64,000 nt of DNA from an uncultured delta proteobacterium (GTDB taxonomy: Bacteria; Myxococcota; B64-G9): NCBI GenBank assembly GCA_963754925.1, contig CAVWHX010000004.1:416001-480000 (forward strand), in the 5' to 3' direction. Shown here piece after piece: positions 37,700-48,901 of this stretch. Position 1 is the first letter of the stretch. Each line of letters opens with the position of its first letter. Below the pieces are notes generated by a model. It searched no databases and was not told the DNA's origin. It worked only from the letters and a program-made list of their open reading frames with translations. The translations under genes and the position numbers were made by a program.

Positions 37700-38515
37700 C
37701 TAACGCACGATGAAATCAGGCGATCGATAAGTGACGACCGCATCCGCTTGAAAGTTCTTCCAGTTGACAAAGGTTGGAGCAAAAAAAGTCGTCTTTTCCC
37801 GCGTCGGTCCGTCGGGGTTAGCCAAATACTCGTTTACTTTACCCATCCGCTCGCCCGAAATAGGATTGATCTCGACCCGCACGTACGCAATGAGCTTCAC
37901 GTCCGGCTGTGGCTCAGATTGCCACTTCAGCGGCAGGTGGCGCAAGGAACCACAGATATTGATAAGCTTTGTCAAGCTCGAAAGTTGATAGGTATTTCGA
38001 GAATTCATTGTGCGATCCATCACCCGATACTGCGCCATAAATTTCTCAAACGAGGAAGGCTCAGATGCCGTTTCAGGCCAGAGCTCCCATACTCCATAGA
38101 ACTCGTCCCAAATATTATAAATAATGATGTATTCGGCGATCCCTTGTGCAACCGTTGATCCATCTTTTGCCGAGACCAGGTGCACGCCGATAAGGATTCG
38201 ATTGGTAAACCCGCTTGAAAGTTTCTCACGCAGCTTTTTAGTAAATATTTCGGGAAAGGTAACACTGAGCTCCAGTTTGCCGTTGACTTTGGTTATCTCC
38301 ATGGGACGTTCGACTATTTTCTTGTCGTCCGTTAGGCCCACAGCACCATGGAGCAGGGCTAACAACACATACATCAAACCGATACAGCCAATCCAACGTC
38401 CCCCTCTCCATCGGATCATTGCGCCTGGGTTCAACCCAAAGAGCTTGTTGGGGCATTTCGGACTCACATACAAACCCGCCTCCATCGCAACCGGTGCCTG
38501 TTTCGTATGATGCAA
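37700..38515 (-). CDS. DUF4390-like exported protein (start uncertain)
   Basis: Hydrophobic N-terminal segment, LSSGF and YNIWDEFY motifs; sits upstream of the NtrYX-like pair. Confidence 0.55.
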   Translation of the reverse strand: MHHTKQAPVAMEAGLYVSPKCPNKLFGLNPGAMIRWRGGRWIGCIGLMYVLLALLHGAVGLTDDKKIVERPMEITKVNGKLELSVTFPEIFTKKLREKLSSGFTNRILIGVHLVSAKDGSTVAQGIAEYIIIYNIWDEFYGVWELWPETASEPSSFEKFMAQYRVMDRTMNSRNTYQLSSLTKLINICGSLRHLPLKWQSEPQPDVKLIAYVRVEINPISGERMGKVNEYLANPDGPTREKTTFFAPTFVNWKNFQADAVVTYRSPDFIVR

Positions 38516-38525
38516 AGGAACCCAG

Positions 38526-39920
38526 CTAAAAAATCATATCGAGCAAGTATCCGATCGATAGCGTGAACAACCCTATCGCCGTATCAAACTTAAGACCGAA
38601 ATCCATCGTTGCCGGCAGCTTGGTCCGGCCGCTCCAGTTTTTCTCACTGGGGATGTCCACCACCGTGAAATTCGCTGCCCCATAGACATAGCCGCGGTAG
38701 AAAAACTTGCCGTTAGACCACAGCGGAATGTCGTACTCAACATTGATCGACAACAAAGAATCGCCATAGTAATTGGTATCAGAGTAATTGAGCTCCAGGT
38801 TTCGCGGCAGCGATGGTTTATCAAACCAAAATAACGCATAGTCTCCGACAAAGAAGCGGCTGAAAAACGGGCTGCCGATGCTATCATTGACGTTCTGGAT
38901 TATTCCGCCCGCTGCCGATATTCTTACGGCGTGGTCGAGAAAGGCAGGAAACGATTGCTCATATTTGACCATATACTTTGAATACTGGTAGTCGCTCCCA
39001 ATGATTTTCGAAGCAAACTCGATGCTCAACAAAAGACGCATGCCACGCTTAGGCAAAAAGAAATCGTCGCGGGTATCATGTTCAAAACGGAGGCACAACG
39101 ATGACAACGTGCTTTGCCCGAAGTAAATTTCGTCTTCAATTGGATTATTCTTACCACTGGTATCACCGAGTATCTCGGCTTCAATGTGCTCGGCTCGAGC
39201 TTCGATAACAATGCGATCATAGCGACCCAGCTTTAGTCCCACATCCATCATACCGCCTATCCGCTTATAGGGTATTTCCCAATCAACTGCACCGTGATCA
39301 AGTGCGCGCTCGCGGCCGTTATTGAATAATAGTTGAGCTCCTATTTGCAACCCCGTGTTAAAAACCGACGGCCAGAACACGCCGAGCCGATACCCTTGCT
39401 GGTATTGAGATGCAACGAATGCGCCGGAAAGCACCAGTCCGCGCCCGACGAAATTAATGTCCGAGAATCCCGCCCCGGCCCAGAATGGGTTGGTATCACT
39501 CCAACCATAAAAGAGATTGTCAACAATGATGGTGTTGCGCTCTTCGACCTCTACCACCAGCTTTACCCGCCCGCGCTTGGTTCCACGCTCAAGGCGCATA
39601 CGTACGTCTTTAAAGTAACCACGCGCGAGTAGGTGTATGCGGCTGAGCTCGACTTTTTCCTCATCAAGCACCTCACCGGGCTTGATCTGCAAATACGAAA
39701 GGATCAAGTCCCCGTGCGTTTTGGTGTTGCCGGTAACCGCGATTGACTCAACGATGTAGATCGGCTTAAGCGGATCTTGCAGCTCAATCGTGTTATTGTC
39801 TTTCGAAGGAACCTCGGGTGTTGCTTCCTCGGCCCGGATAGAAGGCATCCAGAGTAACCCAACGAGCCAGGTCATCAACACTACTGAATGACCACTAGGG
39901 CACCAACATGAGTCTCTCAC
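38526..39920 (-). CDS. Omp85/BamA-TamA family outer membrane protein with one POTRA domain
   Basis: Signal peptide; SIAVTGNTKT...GYF...VEVEE POTRA; beta-barrel ending in Phe. Confidence 0.8.
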   Translation of the reverse strand: MRDSCWCPSGHSVVLMTWLVGLLWMPSIRAEEATPEVPSKDNNTIELQDPLKPIYIVESIAVTGNTKTHGDLILSYLQIKPGEVLDEEKVELSRIHLLARGYFKDVRMRLERGTKRGRVKLVVEVEERNTIIVDNLFYGWSDTNPFWAGAGFSDINFVGRGLVLSGAFVASQYQQGYRLGVFWPSVFNTGLQIGAQLLFNNGRERALDHGAVDWEIPYKRIGGMMDVGLKLGRYDRIVIEARAEHIEAEILGDTSGKNNPIEDEIYFGQSTLSSLCLRFEHDTRDDFFLPKRGMRLLLSIEFASKIIGSDYQYSKYMVKYEQSFPAFLDHAVRISAAGGIIQNVNDSIGSPFFSRFFVGDYALFWFDKPSLPRNLELNYSDTNYYGDSLLSINVEYDIPLWSNGKFFYRGYVYGAANFTVVDIPSEKNWSGRTKLPATMDFGLKFDTAIGLFTLSIGYLLDMIF

Positions 39921-40043
39921 TGGCTCCTCCGTCGTGGATTTCGGTTCTTAACAATTTTCTGATCGAGAAACTGACCTTAAGCCGGTAGTCAGATTCAACC
40001 GTCTTTGCTACCATCCGCCCGTACTAAGCTCTTAATATGATTA

Positions 40044-40871
40044 TTAATAAGGTATTAGGAAGCCGCCCAGGAGCAACCCGGCGACGACCGCGCCCAGAAG
40101 TATCCGGTACACAACGAAACCGAGCGTTGAGCGCTTTTGTAAGAGGCGCATCAAAAAACCGATGGCAAGATAGCCGCTGACCCCTGCGGTCAAAATCCCC
40201 AGCAACAGCTCCGCACCGTTGGTTTCACCGAAGCCGTGCTTGATCAACCCAAGCAACTCAAACAGTCCGCTGGCGGCAATCGCCGGCACCGAAAGGAGAA
40301 AACTTACCCGTGCCGCATCCGGCCGATTGAGCCCGATGAACAGGCCGGCGCTGAGGGTAACCCCACTGCGAGAGGCTCCCGGTAGAAGCGCCAGCGCCTG
40401 CAATATACCAATGAACAAGCCGTCACGAAGCCCCAGGTCGTCAAGGGTCCTCTGGCGTCGCCCCACCCATTCGGCCACAGCCAGCACGAGGGCAAAGATA
40501 ACCACTGCGCCGGTCACCACCCACAATGAACGGAGGCTCGTTTCGATTTGGTTTTGGAAAATCACCCCGAATACTCCCACGGGGATTGTTCCTACCACCA
40601 GGATCCAGGCTAGGCGCACCTCAGAATCCGCGTAAGGTTTTTTACCAGCCAAAAAGAGAAAAAAAGCACCTACCAGATCGACGAGTTGTCGCCAGAAGTA
40701 AACGACCACTGCCGCCAATGTTCCTAAGTGTACGACCGCCGACAGGGCCGCGCCGGGATCGCCCCACCCCAGCAAAGCCGGAACGATCCGCAGGTGAGCG
40801 GTTGATGAAACCGGCAGGAATTCCGTCAATCCCTGCACCAGACCGAGTATGAAACTTTGTAAAAAACCCAT
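40044..40871 (-). CDS. uppP: undecaprenyl-diphosphate phosphatase
   Basis: QGLTEFLPVSSTAH, PGASRSG, FVVYR. Confidence 0.95.
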   Translation of the reverse strand: MGFLQSFILGLVQGLTEFLPVSSTAHLRIVPALLGWGDPGAALSAVVHLGTLAAVVVYFWRQLVDLVGAFFLFLAGKKPYADSEVRLAWILVVGTIPVGVFGVIFQNQIETSLRSLWVVTGAVVIFALVLAVAEWVGRRQRTLDDLGLRDGLFIGILQALALLPGASRSGVTLSAGLFIGLNRPDAARVSFLLSVPAIAASGLFELLGLIKHGFGETNGAELLLGILTAGVSGYLAIGFLMRLLQKRSTLGFVVYRILLGAVVAGLLLGGFLIPY

Positions 40872-41079
40872 GATATGATCCCAGTTAAAGGTATGCGAAG
40901 GGTGACGGCGGAGGCGAGTCCTCTTTCGCCTGCCCGGAGCAGTCCACTGAAACCACCACCGAGTTGTTTTCGACGCGAACCCAAAGCATCACCACGCGAG
41001 GACAGCCGAAAGAGTGCCGTAGCCGGCAGGACCCTGAGCACGCCAATCAAGCTCGATCTCTTTTTGCCTTATTAGTATA

Positions 41080-42372
<1,293 letters not shown>

Positions 42373-42377
42373 TCAGC

Positions 42378-43547
42378 CTATATTTTCGCATCGGCTTTAA
42401 GGACTTCGACCTTGTCCGTCTTCTCCCAGGTAAAGGTGGGTTCTGACCGACCGAAATGCCCTCCCGAAGCAGTCAGCTGAAAGATCGGTTTGAGCAAATC
42501 AAGATGACGAATGATAGCGGCTGGTTTGAGTGGGAAATGGCGGCGCACCAGCTCCTCGATCGTGCTATCGGGAATCTTACCGGTCCCAAAGGTATTGACC
42601 ATCAATGAGACCGGTTCGGCGACGCCGATGGCATACGCGATTTGCACTTCGACCTGTTCGGCCAGACCGGCGGCCACGATGTTTTTGGCGGCATACCGCA
42701 TGGCGTACGCCGCGGAGCGGTCCACCTTGCTGGGGTCTTTTCCTGAAAATGCCCCGCCACCGTGGCGCGACCAACCGCCGTATGTGTCGACGATGATCTT
42801 CCGCCCCGTGAGCCCGCAGTCGCCATAGGGACCGCCAATCACAAAACGTCCGGTCGGGTTGACATGAAAGACCGTGTTGTTACGCAACATATCGTTGGGA
42901 ATGACCGGCTTGATGATGGTTTCGATCACCGCCTCGCGCAACTTTTTGTAGTCGACATCCGGGTCGTGCTGGGTCGAAACCACTACATTGGAGATGTGCG
43001 CAGGCCGTCCGTCCTGGTATACAACGCTCACCTGGCTTTTACCGTCGGGACGTAAAAAATCCAGCCCGCCGGTATGGCGAACTTCGGCTAGGCGGCGGGT
43101 CAGTTTGTGGGCCAACGAGATGGGAGTTGGCATAAACTCGGCGGTTTCATTAGTGGCGAAGCCAAACATCATGCCCTGGTCGCCGGCCCCTTGCTCCTTG
43201 CTTTGGCTGGTCTCTGCGGTAACACCCTGGGAAATATCCAGAGACTGGCGATCAATTGAGGCAAGCACCGCGCAGGTCTCCCAGTCAAAACCAATGCTGG
43301 AATCATCGTAACCGATGCGGCGGATAACCTCGCGGGCGATATCCGGCATGTGGACGTAGGTGGTGGTTGTTATTTCACCCGCTATTATTACCATGGCATT
43401 TTTCACCAACGTTTCACACGCCACGCGGGCCTTGGGATCATCGCGAATCAACGCATCCAGGACGGCGTCTGAAATCTGATCAGCAATCTTGTCGGGGTGG
43501 CCCTCGGTTACCGATTCCGACGTAAACACAAAATTTTTACCCTTCAT
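42378..43547 (-). CDS. metK: S-adenosylmethionine synthetase
   Basis: [35 protein letters not shown]. Confidence 0.97.
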   Translation of the reverse strand: MKGKNFVFTSESVTEGHPDKIADQISDAVLDALIRDDPKARVACETLVKNAMVIIAGEITTTTYVHMPDIAREVIRRIGYDDSSIGFDWETCAVLASIDRQSLDISQGVTAETSQSKEQGAGDQGMMFGFATNETAEFMPTPISLAHKLTRRLAEVRHTGGLDFLRPDGKSQVSVVYQDGRPAHISNVVVSTQHDPDVDYKKLREAVIETIIKPVIPNDMLRNNTVFHVNPTGRFVIGGPYGDCGLTGRKIIVDTYGGWSRHGGGAFSGKDPSKVDRSAAYAMRYAAKNIVAAGLAEQVEVQIAYAIGVAEPVSLMVNTFGTGKIPDSTIEELVRRHFPLKPAAIIRHLDLLKPIFQLTASGGHFGRSEPTFTWEKTDKVEVLKADAKI

Positions 43548-43646
43548 TCGGTGCTCCTCCGTGAAGTCCTTGTGGACAAAGATTGTCGGCACTATGGTAC
43601 AAGCAAAAAGATCTTGTCAACAAAAACCATAGGAGGAAGGGGGTGG

Positions 43647-45434
43647 TTACAAACCTCCCAGAATATCGGCGTGGCCGGTGGGGGTAAAGAACTCGGGGAA
43701 GTTCTTGGCCATCCATTCCTGCACCACCTGGCGGATGGCGGTGGCGTCGTTCATGGAGAGCACCTTGTTGGTCAGGTCCTTCGCGTCGGCATGACGCGAG
43801 CAGCGAATCAGGTGGTGGGCATACGGCAATGCCGCCGGGTTCATTGAGATCTCGTCGAGCTCCAATCCCAACAACACGTGCAGGTACAGCGGGTCCCCGG
43901 CCATTTCGCCGCATAGACAAACCGGAATCCCCGCGGCGTGAGCGTTGTCCACCGTCATCTTAAGCAACCGCAGGACTGAGATATCCAGCGGGTTATAGAG
44001 ATAGGCGACCTGCTGGTTGTGCCGGTCCACTGCCAGGGTAAACTGGATCAGGTCGTTGGTCCCGATGCTAAAGAAGTCCACCTCACGCGCTAGTTCGTCA
44101 GAGGCGAGCGCGGCCGAGGGAACCTCGATCATGATGCCTAATTTCACCTGCGTGCCATACTCCTGCCCGCGAGCCTTGAGCTGCTGACGGGCTTCGTCAA
44201 TCAACTCTTTGACCGCACGCAGCTCTTGCAAGCACGAGATCATGGGAAAGAGAATTTTCAGTTGGCCGATAACCGCGGCTCGTAACAATGCGCGCAGCTG
44301 GGATAGAAAGATCTGCCGATATCGAAACGAGAGGCGGATCGCGCGCAGCCCCAAGGATGGATTAGCCTCGGATGCAATTTTCAGTGTGGCAGAACGCTTC
44401 TCGCCCCCCAAATCCATGGTGCGAATGGTAACCGGCCGGTCTTTCATCTGACGCAACACGTTTTGATAGCAGCGCTCTTGATACTCCTCACTCGGCGCTC
44501 GTTTTCCCATGAACAAAAACTCGGTCCGAAACAACCCGACACCTTCGGCACCGTACCGCAAGGCTGTTTTGGCATCCCCGACCGCCTCGATATTTGCCGT
44601 CAACCGCATGGGATGATGGTCGCTGGTCGCTGCGGGGAGGAGTTCTTCGGAGGCTAGTTCGGCTGCGCGCTCGCGTAATTTTTGAGCGCGCACCAGGGCT
44701 TCGTGCACCGCCTGTTCGTTGGGATTGACGACCACCTCGCCGCGATATCCGTCAACGATAATGTGATCGCCTGGCGTCACCGCGGCCAAAATTCCTTCAA
44801 CTCCCGCCACCGCGGGGACTTCCATGGCCCGTGCGACAATGGCGGTGTGCGAAGTCTTACCGCCCACCTCGAGCACAAATCCAGCCACCTGTATCTTGCT
44901 CAGGGTGGCGGTATCCACGGGCGAGAGGCTGTGAGCCACCACCACCGCGCGCTTGTGGGTCGGCTGGCGCATCTCGGTTTCATAGCCGAGGAGGTTACGC
45001 AGGATGCGTGCAACGACGAAGTCAACGTCCGCGCGGCGTTCGCGGAAGTACTCGTCTTGAAGATTGTCGAACATGCTCCGCACGGCGGCGGTGTTTCTTT
45101 GCAGCGCCCATTCGGCGTTGATGCGCTCCTCGTCAATCACTTTCTCTGTTCCGCCGATGAGCAGATCATCCTGCAGCATCATCAAATGAGCATCGAGAAT
45201 CGCCCGGGAATCTTTGCTGGCGCGGGCCGGCAGCTTACTGCGAACGTCGGTAAGCTGATCTCGACTACGCAGCACCGCCTGGCGAAAACGGGTCTGTTCC
45301 GCGGGGACATCCTCGCGGCGTAGGCGGCGTTTGGGGATCTGAAAACTGCGCCGATCGGCAAGGTGGACGAGTCCCACGCCAATCCCCGGCGAGGCGTCGA
45401 TACCATGAAAAATTTTGGTCCGTTTGCGCGTCAT
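43647..45434 (-). CDS. ptsI: phosphoenolpyruvate-protein phosphotransferase (PTS enzyme I)
   Basis: TSHTAI, GLFRTEF, MIEVP, SIGTNDL, CGEMAG. Confidence 0.95.
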   Translation of the reverse strand: MTRKRTKIFHGIDASPGIGVGLVHLADRRSFQIPKRRLRREDVPAEQTRFRQAVLRSRDQLTDVRSKLPARASKDSRAILDAHLMMLQDDLLIGGTEKVIDEERINAEWALQRNTAAVRSMFDNLQDEYFRERRADVDFVVARILRNLLGYETEMRQPTHKRAVVVAHSLSPVDTATLSKIQVAGFVLEVGGKTSHTAIVARAMEVPAVAGVEGILAAVTPGDHIIVDGYRGEVVVNPNEQAVHEALVRAQKLRERAAELASEELLPAATSDHHPMRLTANIEAVGDAKTALRYGAEGVGLFRTEFLFMGKRAPSEEYQERCYQNVLRQMKDRPVTIRTMDLGGEKRSATLKIASEANPSLGLRAIRLSFRYRQIFLSQLRALLRAAVIGQLKILFPMISCLQELRAVKELIDEARQQLKARGQEYGTQVKLGIMIEVPSAALASDELAREVDFFSIGTNDLIQFTLAVDRHNQQVAYLYNPLDISVLRLLKMTVDNAHAAGIPVCLCGEMAGDPLYLHVLLGLELDEISMNPAALPYAHHLIRCSRHADAKDLTNKVLSMNDATAIRQVVQEWMAKNFPEFFTPTGHADILGGL

Positions 45435-45436
45435 CG

Positions 45437-45718
45437 TCAGTAACTCTTGTCTTCGCCAAACCCATCTTCGATGAGCCGACCCAAATCAGTCAAGGCCTGT
45501 TCGCCGTCCGGGCCCATGACGAGCAACTCAATCTTTTGCCCTTGGGAGGCAGCCAGTTGCAGGACGCCCATGATACTCTTCCCGTTGACCGTTATCTTGC
45601 CTTTGCGGATGCGAATTTCGGCGCTGTAGCGATTAGCCAATTGAACAAAAGCCGTAGCCGCACGGGCATGCATCCCCAACCGATTGCGAATCTCGAAAGT
45701 GGCGTACAGCTCTTTCAC
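45437..45718 (-). CDS. ptsH: phosphocarrier protein HPr
   Basis: GMHARAA, GKSIMG. Confidence 0.95.
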   Translation of the reverse strand: MKELYATFEIRNRLGMHARAATAFVQLANRYSAEIRIRKGKITVNGKSIMGVLQLAASQGQKIELLVMGPDGEQALTDLGRLIEDGFGEDKSY

Positions 45719-45802
45719 GTTGTTTCTCCAGCCACGACGGTCAATACCCGGGCACGAAGACTCAGCAGCATCCAGACGAGCAGCACCATTGCATGTTCGG
45801 AC

Positions 45803-46693
45803 CTAACCATTGTCGAGATCTCGGTGATTAACCAACAACGTCCCGGTGCCGGCCAACCGGATGCCCAGTTCCTCGGCGATAGCCACCGAGCGATGCCGCC
45901 CACCCGTACATCCAATTCCTACCGTGAGGTAGCTCTTACCCTCCCTATCGTACAACGGTCGGAAGGTTTGCAAATATTCCATGATATACCGCAACAACCG
46001 TTCGGCTTCGGGGTTTTGAACCACATAGCTGCGCACCGCGGCATCCAACCCGGTGAGTTGGCGCAAGTGGGGAATGAAATACGGGTTGGGCAGAAAGCGC
46101 ACATCGAACACGAGATCGGCATGGGACGGGATACCATACTTGAAGCCAAACGAGAGCAGGTTTACGTTCATCTCGCCCCCGGGCTTCACCTGAGTAAAAT
46201 GCTGTTGGATCAGTTCGCGCAACTGGTGCAGATTCATCTCAGAGGTGTCGATCACCCGATCGGCCGCTTTGCGCAAGGTGGCGAGAAGCTGACGCTCTCG
46301 TGCGATGCCCTGCTCGACGGTTTCGTCGGCGGCCATGGGATGGCGCCGGCGGGTCTCGCTGTACCGGCGCAACAACACCGCATCAGAACAATCAAGAAAC
46401 AACAGTTCCACCCGGCTCCCTGCCGCGCGGATACGTTCGACATTTTCCTCGAAACCGTCAAGGAAACGCGCTTCGCGTGCATCGACCACCAGGGCGATCT
46501 GCTCGATCTCGCCCGGTGCACGGGGAAACAGCTCAACCAGTTTGGGCAACAAGACTACCGGAAGATTATCGATGCAGAAGAAACCAATGTCCTCGAGGGC
46601 GTGGATGGCGGTTGATTTCCCCGAACCAGAAAGTCCACTGATGATCGCTACCCGACTGGGTTGCAGCACGCCCTCTTCACCCCATATGCTCAT
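45803..46693 (-). CDS. rapZ: RNase adapter RapZ (YvcJ/YhbJ) P-loop protein
   Basis: GLSGSGKS, SFGFKYG, DVRFLPNP, GCTGGRHRS. Confidence 0.95.
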   Translation of the reverse strand: MSIWGEEGVLQPSRVAIISGLSGSGKSTAIHALEDIGFFCIDNLPVVLLPKLVELFPRAPGEIEQIALVVDAREARFLDGFEENVERIRAAGSRVELLFLDCSDAVLLRRYSETRRRHPMAADETVEQGIARERQLLATLRKAADRVIDTSEMNLHQLRELIQQHFTQVKPGGEMNVNLLSFGFKYGIPSHADLVFDVRFLPNPYFIPHLRQLTGLDAAVRSYVVQNPEAERLLRYIMEYLQTFRPLYDREGKSYLTVGIGCTGGRHRSVAIAEELGIRLAGTGTLLVNHRDLDNG

Positions 46694-47652
46694 TCCACTT
46701 CCTCTCGCAGCAGCTTCTGGCGGTTAACATCCGAGATTTCGTGGTTGACTTTCTCCTCAAACTCACGCGCCGAATGGTGACCCTGACGCTTCAACAGTAA
46801 GTTGCGCGCCGCGACTTCAACCACGGTGGTCGTGTTGCGGCCCGGCCGCACCGGAATCACCAAATACGGAATCTCCACCCCGAGGATATCGTACGTGCGG
46901 TCCTCAACCCCTAATCGATCGTAGTCCTCCAATTCTTCCAAATCGACCAACTCGATCACCAACTCAACCTTTTTACGCTCGCGCACCGCCGAAACCCCGT
47001 AAAGGTCCTTGATATTGATGATTCCCAAACCCCGGATCTCCATATGGTGACGCAACAAGGCAGTGCAGCTTCCATAGATCGTACCGGGCGGCCGGAGTTT
47101 GAGCTCAACGACATCGTCAGCCACCAAGCGGTTGCCCCGTAAGACGAGATCGAGGGCGCACTCGCTCTTGCCGATGCCGCTTTTGCCGAGCATCAACACG
47201 CCCACCCCCATGACATCCACCAGCACCCCATGCAGGCTGCAGGACTCACCGAGGTGCTCCAATAAGAATTCACTCAGCCGCTCGCCGAGGGTCGTGGTAA
47301 GGTGCGAGCTGACTAACAAGGCGACCGACCGCTGCTCGGCTTCGTCGAGCAGTTTTGGCGGCACCGGAAAGCTCGCGGCAATAATCACACAGGCCGGTTG
47401 CGCTTGTAAAAGCAACTGAAACAGCTCGCGCGTGTGGTTCGCGCTTTGAGTGGAAAGATAGGTCATTTCATTGTCACCCAAGAGCTGAATACGACCGGGT
47501 TCCAGGAACGCCACCGCACCCGTCAGCGACAAACCCGGGCGTTGAATTTGCGTGTCGTAGATCTCACGCTGCAACCCAGCCCGTCCGGCCAGAAGCTGCA
47601 ACCGCAGATCAAATTCTTCGTCCTGAAGCAGCTTACTGACGGGAATACTCAT
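46690..47652 (-). CDS. hprK: HPr(Ser) kinase/phosphorylase
   Basis: HGVLVDV, GKSGIGKSE, LVADD, EIRGLGII, PGRN. Confidence 0.95.
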   Translation of the reverse strand: MSIPVSKLLQDEEFDLRLQLLAGRAGLQREIYDTQIQRPGLSLTGAVAFLEPGRIQLLGDNEMTYLSTQSANHTRELFQLLLQAQPACVIIAASFPVPPKLLDEAEQRSVALLVSSHLTTTLGERLSEFLLEHLGESCSLHGVLVDVMGVGVLMLGKSGIGKSECALDLVLRGNRLVADDVVELKLRPPGTIYGSCTALLRHHMEIRGLGIINIKDLYGVSAVRERKKVELVIELVDLEELEDYDRLGVEDRTYDILGVEIPYLVIPVRPGRNTTTVVEVAARNLLLKRQGHHSAREFEEKVNHEISDVNRQKLLREEVE

Positions 47653-47659
47653 ACGCCCC

Positions 47660-48133
47660 TCAAAATTTACTGTCCTGTTCGAGTATCGTTGAGAATACCT
47701 GATCGCTATCTTTAGCATAAAGCAATCGCCGGCGAAAATCATCGTCCTGGAACACCCGGTTGAGACGAGCCAAGGCTTTGAGGTGGGCGCTTTCAGCCGA
47801 CTCCGGAATGAGCAGCACAAAGAAGAAATGGGTCGGTTTGCCGTCAAACGCATCGAAATCCACCCCCGGCCGGCAGCGCCCAAAACAAGCAATCAAGCGC
47901 GTGAGGCCAGGAATCCGCCCATGGGGGAATGCAACACCGTGTTCGATACCGGTCGAACGCAGTTCTTCGCGCTTAAGCAGTACCTGCAGCAAGACCTCGT
48001 GATCGAACTCAGGATGGTTGGTGACGAGTAGGTCGACCAGCGTCGCCAGCACTTCCTGCTTGCTCCCGACCGGCACAGCGCAGGTCACATCGCGTTTTTC
48101 GAGGAATGAAGCGATTCTCACGTGCTTGTCCAC
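47660..48133 (-). CDS. ptsN: PTS IIA(Ntr)
   Basis: RE...STGIEHGVAFPH, HLKALA; located in the rpoN operon. Confidence 0.9.
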   Translation of the reverse strand: MDKHVRIASFLEKRDVTCAVPVGSKQEVLATLVDLLVTNHPEFDHEVLLQVLLKREELRSTGIEHGVAFPHGRIPGLTRLIACFGRCRPGVDFDAFDGKPTHFFFVLLIPESAESAHLKALARLNRVFQDDDFRRRLLYAKDSDQVFSTILEQDSKF

Positions 48134-48153
48134 TCCCTCACCTGTAAAGCTTT

Positions 48154-48705
48154 TTAGTCTTGAGGCTTCTTGGCCTCGATAAGCCCTATGTTGCCATCGC
48201 GTCGACGGTAGATCACGTTGACATCTTTGGTCACAGAATTGGTGAACACCAAGAAGTCGCTGTTCATCAAATCCATCTGCATAACCGCCTCTTCAACCGA
48301 CATTGGTTTGGCTTGATACTCCTCGCTATCGATGATACGCGGCCCTTGATCCTCTTCGAGCGATTCCTTCTCCAGCACCTCGTGGCGTACCCGAATTTCC
48401 TCACCCAACGAGACCGGCTCGTAGTCGCGGATCTTATCTTTGTATTTACGTGCCTGCCGCTCTATCTTATCGACCGCCAGGTCAATACTGCTGTACATAT
48501 CCTCGCTATTCTCAACGCCACGCATGACAATACCACGCGAAATTACCTTGATGTCGGCGTTGTTACGGTATTTATGCTTGGCCAGGACTACGTGAGCGTC
48601 GGCCGGCAAGTTAACATACTTGCTGAGGCGCTCGATCTTCTCGGTGGCGTAATCCCGCAATGCATCGCTAGGTTCAATGTTGCGAAACGTAACAGAAATC
48701 TGCAT
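48154..48705 (-). CDS. hpf: ribosome hibernation promoting factor (long HPF)
   Basis: DMYSSID, KPMSVEEAVMQM, NVIYRR. Confidence 0.93.
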   Translation of the reverse strand: MQISVTFRNIEPSDALRDYATEKIERLSKYVNLPADAHVVLAKHKYRNNADIKVISRGIVMRGVENSEDMYSSIDLAVDKIERQARKYKDKIRDYEPVSLGEEIRVRHEVLEKESLEEDQGPRIIDSEEYQAKPMSVEEAVMQMDLMNSDFLVFTNSVTKDVNVIYRRRDGNIGLIEAKKPQD

Positions 48706-48901
48706 GGCTCCTCCTGGGCGAGAGGGGCAAGCCCTCACCCACCATAGGTTGATTCAACGGCATCGCTTAGGGTTTCTTCTTAGCAGCACGCCTGTCCCCG
48801 TCTGGCTGCGTTGAAGACTCCGCTGGAACACTCTTAACCATTACCAGTTGCTTTGCTTTTTCTGGGTCCATGATCAACACTTTCATCTGAACTATTTTGA
48901 T

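Noticed and set aside
40885..41050. GC-rich intergenic hairpins between ahcY and uppP as an SAH/SAM riboswitch or 6S RNA
   Set aside because: The region lies downstream of ahcY and I could not match any consensus; an Rfam scan would be needed.
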